Assembly (NCBI GenBank): GCA_047601445.1
Contig: JASGJH010000001.1
Span: 4,800,001 to 4,864,000, forward strand
DNA from: Myxococcales bacterium
GTDB lineage: Bacteria > Myxococcota_A > Polyangia > Polyangiales > DASUME01
DNA: 64,000 nucleotides
Reading direction: 5' to 3'
Every line of letters begins with the position of its first letter. The stretch's first letter is position 1. Shown here piece after piece: positions 56,706-64,000 of this stretch. Made by a program: the position numbers and the translations under genes. The notes under the pieces were generated by a model. It was not told where the DNA came from and searched no databases. It saw nothing but the letters and a program-made list of their open reading frames with translations.

Positions 56706-57740
56706 ATGGAATTCAGGCAACTCGGGGGATCGGGTCTCAAGGTACCCGTGCTCACCCTCGGCACCGGCACCTTCGGCGGCGGCAACAACGAGTTCTTCAA
56801 GTCGTGGGGCGCGAGCGAGGTGGCCGAGGCTACGCGCCTGGTGGACATCAGCCTCGAGGCCGGCCTCAACATGTTCGACAGCGCCGACGTGTACTCCAAC
56901 GGGCGCGCCGAGGAGATCCTCGGCAAGGCCATCGCGGGACGTCGCGACCAGGTCTTGATCTCCACCAAGGGCACCTTCCGCTTTGGGTCAGGCCCGAACG
57001 ACGTGGGCTCGTCGCGTCACCACCTGGTGCGCTCGGTGGAGGGCAGCCTGCGGCGCCTCGGAACCGACTACATCGATCTGTATCAGCTGCACGGCTTCGA
57101 CGCGCTGACGCCCCAGGAGGAGACGCTGCGCACGCTCGACGACCTCGTGCGGGCCGGCAAGATCCGCTACATCGGCGCCTCCAACTTCTCGGGCTGGCAC
57201 TTGATGAAGGCGCTCGCCACCTCCGAGAAGCTCGGCTTGAACCGTTACGTGGCGCACCAGACCTACTACTCGTTGATCGGCCGCGAATACGAGTGGGAGC
57301 TGATGCCGCTCGCCCTCGACCAGCGCGTGGGCGCCGTGGTGTGGAGCCCGCTCGGCTGGGCGCGACTCACGGGCAAGATCGGACGCAACAAGCCCAAGCC
57401 CCAGGTCTCGCGTCTGCTCGATCCCAAGCAAGCCGATGCGGCGCCGCCGGTCAACGACGAGTACCTCTACAAGGTCACCGACGCGCTCGAGGCCGTCGCC
57501 AAGGAGACCGGCAAGAGCGTGCCTCAGGTGGCGCTCAACTGGCTCTTGCAGCGTCCGAGCGTGGCTACCTTGGTGATCGGCGCGCGCAACGAAGAGCAAC
57601 TCAAGCAAAACCTCGCCGCGGCTTCGTTCCAGCTCACGCGTTCGCAGGTGCAGGTGCTCGACGAGGCCAGCGACGTCACGCCGATCACGCCCTATTGGCA
57701 CCAGCGTGGCTTCGCGGAGCGAAATCCGTTTCCCACCTGA
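56706..57740 (+). CDS. Aldo/keto reductase
   Basis: LGGSGLKVP.LTLGT, FDSADVYS.G.AEEILG, SLRRLGTDYIDLYQLH, GKIRYIGASN, WSPLG. Confidence 0.93.
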   Translation: MEFRQLGGSGLKVPVLTLGTGTFGGGNNEFFKSWGASEVAEATRLVDISLEAGLNMFDSADVYSNGRAEEILGKAIAGRRDQVLISTKGTFRFGSGPNDVGSSRHHLVRSVEGSLRRLGTDYIDLYQLHGFDALTPQEETLRTLDDLVRAGKIRYIGASNFSGWHLMKALATSEKLGLNRYVAHQTYYSLIGREYEWELMPLALDQRVGAVVWSPLGWARLTGKIGRNKPKPQVSRLLDPKQADAAPPVNDEYLYKVTDALEAVAKETGKSVPQVALNWLLQRPSVATLVIGARNEEQLKQNLAAASFQLTRSQVQVLDEASDVTPITPYWHQRGFAERNPFPT

Positions 57741-57784
57741 GGCCGCTGTCGTAAGACTTCGCGGTCGAAAGTCCTTCGTCCCGC

Positions 57785-58408
57785 ATGGCCGCCAAGAAGC
57801 TCCCCGCACCTGCAAAGTCCTCGGCTCGCGCCCCCAAGCCGGCGGAGGTCGAGCTCACGTTCGCCTCGGTGAAGGAGTGGGCCAGCTGGCTCGAGCGTCA
57901 TCACGCAAGTTCGCCCGCCGTCATGCTGCGCATCCCCAAGGGCGACGATCGTGCCTTCGGCTATACCGAGGCGCTCGAGGTCGCCCTGGCCTGGGGCTGG
58001 ATCGACAGCCACAAGCGCACGCTGGACGAGCGAGCATGGTTGCAGCGCTTTGGTCCGCGCACGCCGAGGAGTCCCTGGTCCAAGATCAACTGCGACAAGG
58101 CCGAGGCCTTGATCGCGGCAGGCAAGATGAAGCCCGCGGGCCTGAGCCAGGTGGAGCTGGCCAAGGCCGATGGTCGCTGGGAGCGCGCCTACACGAGCGC
58201 GCGCACTTCGAGCGTGCCGGACGATCTCGCGGAGGCGCTGGCCAAGAACGCCAAGGCCCGCAAGTTCTTCGAGCAACTCGACGGCGCCAACCGCTACGCC
58301 ATCCTGTGGCGCTTACAGACGGCCAAGAAGCCCGAGACTCGCCGCGCCCGCCTCGAGAAGTTCGTGGCCATGTGCGCGCGAGGCGAGCGCATCCACGAAC
58401 GAGGCTGA
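57785..58408 (+). CDS. YdeI/OmpD-associated family protein
   Basis: WLERHH, EALEVAL.WGWIDS, SPWSKIN, GRWERAY, AKKPETRRARL. Confidence 0.85.
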   Translation: MAAKKLPAPAKSSARAPKPAEVELTFASVKEWASWLERHHASSPAVMLRIPKGDDRAFGYTEALEVALAWGWIDSHKRTLDERAWLQRFGPRTPRSPWSKINCDKAEALIAAGKMKPAGLSQVELAKADGRWERAYTSARTSSVPDDLAEALAKNAKARKFFEQLDGANRYAILWRLQTAKKPETRRARLEKFVAMCARGERIHERG

Positions 58409-58416
58409 CGACGGGC

Positions 58417-58836
58417 TCACTTCATCGGCACGGGCGGAGGCTGCGTCACCTCGAACAGCCAGGCTTCGCTCGAGACGAACTCGATGCCGTCCGAGCTCTC
58501 CTTGGCGAGCAGGTCCGGATGATCGGTGACCACGCGGGTCGCCTTGGACGCCTTGGCGGCGCTCACGAGGGCCTTCTCCCAGGCGTCGGCGGGAAAATCG
58601 GAGTTGCCGGGGATGACCTTCACCAGCGAGCGGATCAACTTGACCTGCTGAGCGATGGAATCGCGCTTGAACTCGGGCAGCGTGCCCAGAATGTACTCGA
58701 TGCGGCCGAGCACCCACTCGGTGGCCACACTCTCACCTCTGTGCTTTCCGAGTACTCGTTGGACCACGCGATCTGGGAAGGTGCCGGGTGCCACGGAAGC
58801 GTTCACGTACACGTCGGGCGCCAAGATGATGTCCAC
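58417..58836 (-). CDS. Degenerate PIN-like domain protein
   Basis: GAGGAG RBS; IILAPDVYVNAS...ALVSAAKASKATRVVTDHPDLL...GIEFVS echoes the PIN fold. Confidence 0.5.
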   Translation of the reverse strand: MDIILAPDVYVNASVAPGTFPDRVVQRVLGKHRGESVATEWVLGRIEYILGTLPEFKRDSIAQQVKLIRSLVKVIPGNSDFPADAWEKALVSAAKASKATRVVTDHPDLLAKESSDGIEFVSSEAWLFEVTQPPPVPMK

Positions 58837-59077
58837 GAAAATTCTCCTCTGCCTCTCGGGGCTACGAGCGACCGCAATTGCAACGCTCCGGCACGCCAAC
58901 GTCAAGGGCGCTGGGCCCAAAATGCGCGAGGTAGCGTACGCAAACCGAAGCCGCGCGCGAGGGCGAGCTGGCGCTGGGTCGAATCCGGGTGAAGCGAAGC
59001 GTCCAATGGGGGGAAGCGCGGGCCGGAAGGGATCCCAGGCTTGGACTATCTAACGTGTTTGCGCTAGCTGTCGGCCC

Positions 59078-59683
59078 ATGGCGCTCACCAAGTTCGTACG
59101 CAACGTCGACGATCTCAGCGACGACGGCGGCTACAAGTTTCGGTTCCGTTGCGATCGCTGCAGCGACGGATTGGAGAGCCAGTACGTCAGCTCCTCGGCC
59201 AACCTGCTCAAGACCGGGCTCGAGATCTTCAGCATGTTTCGTCACTTCGGCGGGGTCGGTCGGCAAGCAGTCGACGGCATCGATCGTGGCTTGCGGGGCA
59301 AAGAGCGCGACGCCGCCTACGAGCAGGCCGTGCACGAGGCGACCAGCCATTTCCACAAGTGCTCGCACTGCGGCCACTGGGTGTGTGGCCATTGCTGGAA
59401 CGAAAGTGTGGGTTTGTGCGAGGGTTGCGCGCCCGACGCCGGTGAGGCCGCCGCCAAGGAAGCCGCGCAGATCGCCAGGCAGAAGCAAGTGGCCGCCGTA
59501 CGCGAGCAAGGTGCCACGACGCATGCCCAGATCACCTGTCCGGTCTGCGCGCAGGAGTCGGGGGGCGGCAAGTTCTGTCAAAGCTGCGGCGCCAACGTGA
59601 CCGCCAGCCGCCCCTGCAAGGGCTGCAACGCCCCCCTCAACCCCACGGCTCGCTTCTGCGGCGACTGTGGCACGCGCTGCTAG
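59078..59683 (+). CDS. Double zinc-ribbon domain protein
   Basis: Multiple CxxC pairs; C-terminal CPVC...FCQSCG...CKGC...FCGDCG. Confidence 0.8.
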   Translation: MALTKFVRNVDDLSDDGGYKFRFRCDRCSDGLESQYVSSSANLLKTGLEIFSMFRHFGGVGRQAVDGIDRGLRGKERDAAYEQAVHEATSHFHKCSHCGHWVCGHCWNESVGLCEGCAPDAGEAAAKEAAQIARQKQVAAVREQGATTHAQITCPVCAQESGGGKFCQSCGANVTASRPCKGCNAPLNPTARFCGDCGTRC

Positions 59684-59695
59684 GAGTTTACGGCC

Positions 59696-59959
59696 ATGCA
59701 ATGCCTCGTGTGTCACGCGCCCTTCGCCAGCGGCACCACGTGCCCCCAGTGCGGCTACGACGCGAGCGCGCCGGGCGCGGGCGAGACCCACGCCATCCTG
59801 GCGGCCCGTGAAACCTTCAAGGCCCAAAGCACGGCCTTCGAACCCCACAAGCGCGTGACTGCCGCCGACCGGCGCGGCCCGTGGCTGGCCCTCGGGATCG
59901 GCCTGCTGCTGTTCTTCTTCTGGGTGCGAACCTGCGCCTCCGGCGGGCACATCTGGTGA
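59696..59959 (+). CDS. Small zinc-ribbon membrane protein
   Basis: AGGAG RBS; CLVC...CPQCG; C-terminal TM. Confidence 0.65.
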   Translation: MQCLVCHAPFASGTTCPQCGYDASAPGAGETHAILAARETFKAQSTAFEPHKRVTAADRRGPWLALGIGLLLFFFWVRTCASGGHIW

Positions 59960-60021
59960 TTCGAGCTCCGTCATGGGCGCGCCGTCGCGCGTACTAGATT
60001 GCTGCTCACGCAACGCGCAAT

Positions 60022-60034
60022 TGCAAACATTGCA
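60022..60034. promoter_or_regulatory. Possible LysR-type T-N11-A operator upstream of ilvD
   Basis: TGCAA-ACA-TTGCA dyad in an AT-rich patch ~60 nt before the start. Confidence 0.4.
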
Positions 60035-60093
60035 CTTTATGAAACACGTCGCCTAGGTCACGCTGCGGCTCCAACTGCGCATCAGGAGTCCGC

Positions 60094-61935
60094 ATGCCCA
60101 CCTATCGTTCGAAGACCTCGACTGCCGGCCGTAACATGGCGGGCGCTCGCGCGCTGTGGCGCGCCACCGGCATGCAGGACGCCGACTTCGAGAAGCCGAT
60201 CATCGCGGTGGTCAACTCGTTCACGCAGTTCGTGCCCGGACACGTGCACTTGAAGGACCTGGGTCAGCTGGTGGCGCGCGAGATCGAGGCGGCCGGCGGC
60301 GTGGCGAAGGAGTTCAATACCATCGCCGTGGACGACGGCATCGCCATGGGCCACGACGGCATGCTCTACAGCCTGCCCTCGCGCGATCTCATCGCAGACT
60401 CCGTGGAGTACATGGTCAACGCCCACACGGCCGACGCCATGGTGTGCATCTCGAACTGCGACAAGATCACGCCCGGCATGTTGATGGCGGCCATGCGCTT
60501 GAACATCCCGGTGGTGTTCGTGTCGGGCGGCCCCATGGAAGCGGGCAAGACCAAGCTCGCCAAGCACAAGCTCGACTTGATCGACGCGATGGTGATGGCC
60601 GCTGACAGCAAGGTAGACGATGCCACCTTGCACGAGGTGGAACGCTCTGCCTGTCCGACCTGCGGATCCTGCTCCGGCATGTTCACGGCCAACTCCATGA
60701 ACTGCCTCACGGAGGCGCTCGGTTTGTCGCTGCCCGGCAACGGCACGCAGCTGGCCACCCACTCCGATCGCCGCACGCTGTTCGAAGAAGCCGGCCGCCG
60801 CATCGTGCAGCTCGCGCGCCGCTACTACGAGCAAAACGACGAGAGCATCTTGCCGCGTTCGGTGGCCACCTTCGAGGCCTTCGAGAACGCCATGAGCCTC
60901 GACATTGCGATGGGCGGCTCCACCAACACCATCCTGCACCTGTTGGCGGCGGCCCAGGAGGGCGGCGTACCCTTCACCATGAAAGACGTCGACCGCCTCT
61001 CGCGCCGCGTACCCCAGCTGTGCAAGGTCGCGCCGAACACGCAGAAGTACCACATCGAAGACGTCCATCGCGCAGGCGGCGTGTTCTCCATCCTGGGTGA
61101 GCTCGCGCGCGCCGGCCTCTTGCACGTGAATGCGCGCACGGTGCACGCCAACACCATGGGCGAGGCCCTGGCCAACTGGGACATCATGCAGACCCGCGAC
61201 GACGCCGTGCGCACCTTCTTCCGCGCCGGTCCCGCGGGCATCCCCACGCAGGTGGCCTTCAGCCAGAGCACGCGCTGGAAGGACCTCGACGACGACCGCC
61301 GTGAGGGCTGCATCCGCAGCCTGGAGCACGCCTACTCCACCGAAGGCGGCCTGGCCGTTCTGTACGGCAACCTGGCGCCGAATGGCTGCGTCGTAAAGAC
61401 CTCGGGCGTGGACGCGGAGCTCCTCACCTTCGAGGGCCCGGCCTTTGTGGTCGAGAGCCAGGAAGATGCGGTGGAGGCCATCCTCGCCGATCGGGTGAAG
61501 GCGGGCGACGTGGTGGTGGTGCGCTACGAAGGGCCGCAGGGCGGGCCGGGCATGCAGGAGATGCTCTATCCGACCAGCTACATCAAATCCAAGGGCCTCG
61601 GCAAAGCCTGCGCCTTGATCACCGACGGCCGCTTCTCGGGCGGCACCAGCGGACTCTCCATCGGCCATGTCTCGCCCGAAGCCGCTGCCGGCGGCACCAT
61701 CGCCCTGGTCCAGCACGGCGATCGCATCCGCATCGACATCCCCAAGCGCAGCATCGAGCTGAAGGTCGACGAGACCGAGCTCGGCGCGCGCCGCGCCAAG
61801 TGCAGCTTCAAGCCCGAGAAGGTTCGCCCGCGCAAGGTCTCGGCGGCCCTCAAGGCCTACGCCTTGCTGGCCACCAGCGCCGATCGCGGTGCCGTGCGCG
61901 ACCTTTCCCAGCTGAACGATCCCAAGGCGCGCTGA
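60094..61935 (+). CDS. ilvD: Dihydroxy-acid dehydratase
   Basis: [62 protein letters not shown]. Confidence 0.97.
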   Translation: MPTYRSKTSTAGRNMAGARALWRATGMQDADFEKPIIAVVNSFTQFVPGHVHLKDLGQLVAREIEAAGGVAKEFNTIAVDDGIAMGHDGMLYSLPSRDLIADSVEYMVNAHTADAMVCISNCDKITPGMLMAAMRLNIPVVFVSGGPMEAGKTKLAKHKLDLIDAMVMAADSKVDDATLHEVERSACPTCGSCSGMFTANSMNCLTEALGLSLPGNGTQLATHSDRRTLFEEAGRRIVQLARRYYEQNDESILPRSVATFEAFENAMSLDIAMGGSTNTILHLLAAAQEGGVPFTMKDVDRLSRRVPQLCKVAPNTQKYHIEDVHRAGGVFSILGELARAGLLHVNARTVHANTMGEALANWDIMQTRDDAVRTFFRAGPAGIPTQVAFSQSTRWKDLDDDRREGCIRSLEHAYSTEGGLAVLYGNLAPNGCVVKTSGVDAELLTFEGPAFVVESQEDAVEAILADRVKAGDVVVVRYEGPQGGPGMQEMLYPTSYIKSKGLGKACALITDGRFSGGTSGLSIGHVSPEAAAGGTIALVQHGDRIRIDIPKRSIELKVDETELGARRAKCSFKPEKVRPRKVSAALKAYALLATSADRGAVRDLSQLNDPKAR

Positions 61936-62074
61936 CGCGGACTGCTCCAGGGCATTTCGCGGCCTCGCAGCCGCCTTGAAATGTCCTGGGCCAGAACCGG
62001 GGCCGCTCGCGGCGCGCTGACCACACGACGGTCAAAGTGCGGCGAAGTCGCCATGATCCGGTGGAAAACATGGC

Positions 62075-62090
62075 TGGCACGTCCTCTGCT
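62075..62090 (+). promoter_or_regulatory. Sigma-54 (-24/-12) promoter
   Basis: TGGCACG-TCCT-CTGCT with GG and GC 12 nt apart, 30 nt before ATG 62121. Confidence 0.6.
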
Positions 62091-62120
62091 CTCACTACGC
62101 ATGAAAGCGGGGAGGACCAC

Positions 62121-62438
62121 ATGCGAATCGGGATCATTGGTGGAGCGGAGCGCACGGAGCCTCAGTTGAAGCGCCTGGCGAGCGCGGCGGGTCACGAGGT
62201 CGAGTTCCACGCGGGGCACATGAGCAGCTGCGGCGCGGCTTCGCTCGAGGCGTTGATCACACGCTGCGACTTGCTCGTGATCACCACCGACGTGAACAGC
62301 CACGCCGCCGTACGCGCCGCGCGGGGCCTCTCGCGCGCGCGGGGCATCACGCCGATGATGTGCCGGCGTCTCGGCGTGGGACGCTTCTCGGAGCTGCTGA
62401 CGGGCCTCAAAAGCAGCGCTCTCGGCATCGGCGCCTGA
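62121..62438 (+). CDS. DUF2325-like small protein
   Basis: GGAGG RBS; IGIIGG...EFHAG...CDLLVITTDVNSH. Confidence 0.7.
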   Translation: MRIGIIGGAERTEPQLKRLASAAGHEVEFHAGHMSSCGAASLEALITRCDLLVITTDVNSHAAVRAARGLSRARGITPMMCRRLGVGRFSELLTGLKSSALGIGA

Positions 62439-62797
62439 CCTCGAAGTCCGGCGCGCCACGGGTTCGAACGGGGGGTTCGAGCCCGCGCGCTGTAGGATGA
62501 GAGCGCGCTCTCTCCACGAGAGAGCGTTCGAGCCCCGTGCGAGCGCGTGCGAGACGCTGCCGTACGGGCATTTTTTTTCTTGGCCCAGATCCGCTGCTTG
62601 AGCCGATCGCAGTTCGTCTCGTGAGCGCCCGAAAGCCGAGGGATGTCCCGCTCGATCTGCTCTCCACGGAACCGTACATGACGCAATCGTGGGTGGGCTC
62701 AGGTCTCGGCCTGTGCTCCGGATGGGCACGCAACCCCTCATAACCATTGATATTTTTTGTGGCCCGCTAGGGGACCCCCGAGTTACTCACCGGGTCG

Positions 62798-64000
62798 ATG
62801 GCACAGAGCACATTCAAGCAAACGTCGAGAGTTCTCGGCCTGACGGCTTTGTTCTGCGGAGCGTGCACCGGCGGGTCTCCGCTCGGTCCGGCCGGTTCGG
62901 AAGGTCCGGGTCTCGGCACGGACACGAGTGGAATCGGTGGTGACCACGGAGACGGAACCGGCCCGGGCGGCGCGAACGGCGTCGGGGGCTCCTCCCACTC
63001 TCTGAGCTTCGAGTGCAAGAGTGACGCTCGTGGCTCGGAGCCGCTGCGCCGCTTGTCACGCACCGAGTACCAGAATTCCTTGCGCGACGTGATCGCCGCG
63101 CAGACCAGCGACGCCACCGCCACCAGCGTGATGACCGCCGCAGCGTCGCCTTTGACCGGCATCCCGGCCGATAGCGTGACCAAGCACGCCGCGTTCGCGC
63201 GCATGGATCAATCGGTCTCCCAGGCCCACGTGGAGGCGTACTTCAGCGTCGCCCAGAACGTGGCCAACTCGCTCACCAGCAGCGACGCGCGCGTGAAGGA
63301 GCTGCTCGGCAGCTGCTCCACCGCCACTGGAGCGGCCGGCGCCACCTGCGTGGACACCTTCATCGCCAACTTCGGCAAGCGCGTGCTGCGCCACCCGCTC
63401 AACACGGCGGAGAAGGCCTTCTACAAGCAGGTCTACGCGGTCACGAGCGGCGTCGACAAGGCCGGCCTCAACGACGTGCTGGTCACCTTCCTCACGTCCC
63501 CCTCGTTCATTTACCAGGTGGAATTCGGCGCCGACGCGGCGAAGGGACAAGCCGGGCTTTACCAGCTCAACGATTACGAGATCGCCGCGCGCCTCTCGTT
63601 CGCGTTCTGGCAGACCACGCCCGACGACGAGCTCTTGGCCGCCGCCGACAGCGGCGATCTCGAGCTCCGATGCCGGCTTCGGAGATGCCATCGACCACGT
63701 GCTCTCGAGCCCTCGGGCCTCGGGCGCCCTGCAGCAGTTCGCTCGCGAGTGGTTCGGACTCGACTCGATGCGCGCGCTCAACTCCCTGGCCAGCGATCCG
63801 GTCTTCAAGTCCTTCGCGGGCGCGAACCTCCCGAGCGCCACGCTCAAGGAGGACATGATCAAGGAGTTCACGGAGTCCTTGAGCTTCCACGCCTTCGTGA
63901 AGGACGAGGGTACCCGCGAGTGGATCGAGAGCCCCTTCTCGTTCGCCCGCAGCAAGGAGCTCGCCAGCATCTACGGCATCGACGCCTGGGACGGCCAGGG
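62798..64000 (+). CDS. DUF1587/DUF1595/DUF1592-type lipoprotein, 3'-truncated by window edge, with +1 frameshift near 63662 (absent from ORF track)
   Basis: Cys-containing signal; PLRRLSRTEYQNSLRDV; SPSFIYQVE; YEIAARLSFAFWQTTPDDELLAAA; continues in the next frame as QFAREWFGL...ELASIYG. Confidence 0.8.
   Translation, partial: MAQSTFKQTSRVLGLTALFCGACTGGSPLGPAGSEGPGLGTDTSGIGGDHGDGTGPGGANGVGGSSHSLSFECKSDARGSEPLRRLSRTEYQNSLRDVIAAQTSDATATSVMTAAASPLTGIPADSVTKHAAFARMDQSVSQAHVEAYFSVAQNVANSLTSSDARVKELLGSCSTATGAAGATCVDTFIANFGKRVLRHPLNTAEKAFYKQVYAVTSGVDKAGLNDVLVTFLTSPSFIYQVEFGADAAKGQAGLYQLNDYEIAARLSFAFWQTTPDDELLAAADSGDLELRCRLRRCHRPRALEPSGLGRPAAVRSRVVRTRLDARAQLPGQRSGLQVLRGREPPERHAQGGHDQGVHGVLELPRLREGRGYPRVDREPLLVRPQQGARQHLRHRRLGRPG

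Noticed and set aside
62455..62490. GGTTCGA motifs resembling a tRNA T-arm
   Set aside because: No D-arm, anticodon arm or acceptor stem; the two motifs pair with each other as a hairpin

Overview
High-GC window whose gene content points to a myxobacterium (Polyangiales-like): Ser/Thr kinases, Cys-rich lipoproteins, a MYXO-CTERM-like protein and a DUF1592-type protein. In order it holds: the 3' end of a squalene synthase and an oxidosqualene cyclase with a lanosterol-type signature; a fatty-acid cis/trans isomerase; two ZU5-like lipoproteins carrying an HFS motif; a URC-type uracil catabolism operon (URC1-URC4-upp plus a P-loop protein) with mmsA nearby; two Cys-rich lipoprotein genes duplicated together with their upstream motif and terminator, next to an ECF sigma/anti-sigma/outer-membrane module; a convergently split CzcCBA-type efflux set; an AgmC-like surface protein; an acyl-CoA dehydrogenase; MscS; and ilvD. 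The most striking non-annotated structure is a ~1.9 kb element (53439-55352) bounded by 23-bp inverted repeats (22/23 match, CTAG at both ends). It carries a signal-peptide 'mini-RHS' gene with a lower-GC C-terminal tip plus a decayed IS5 transposase 3' end, and sits in a palindromic target. Two genes show single-base frameshifts that may be assembly errors. No rRNA, tRNA or CRISPR array was seen. All family calls come from motif recognition by eye, not from database searches.
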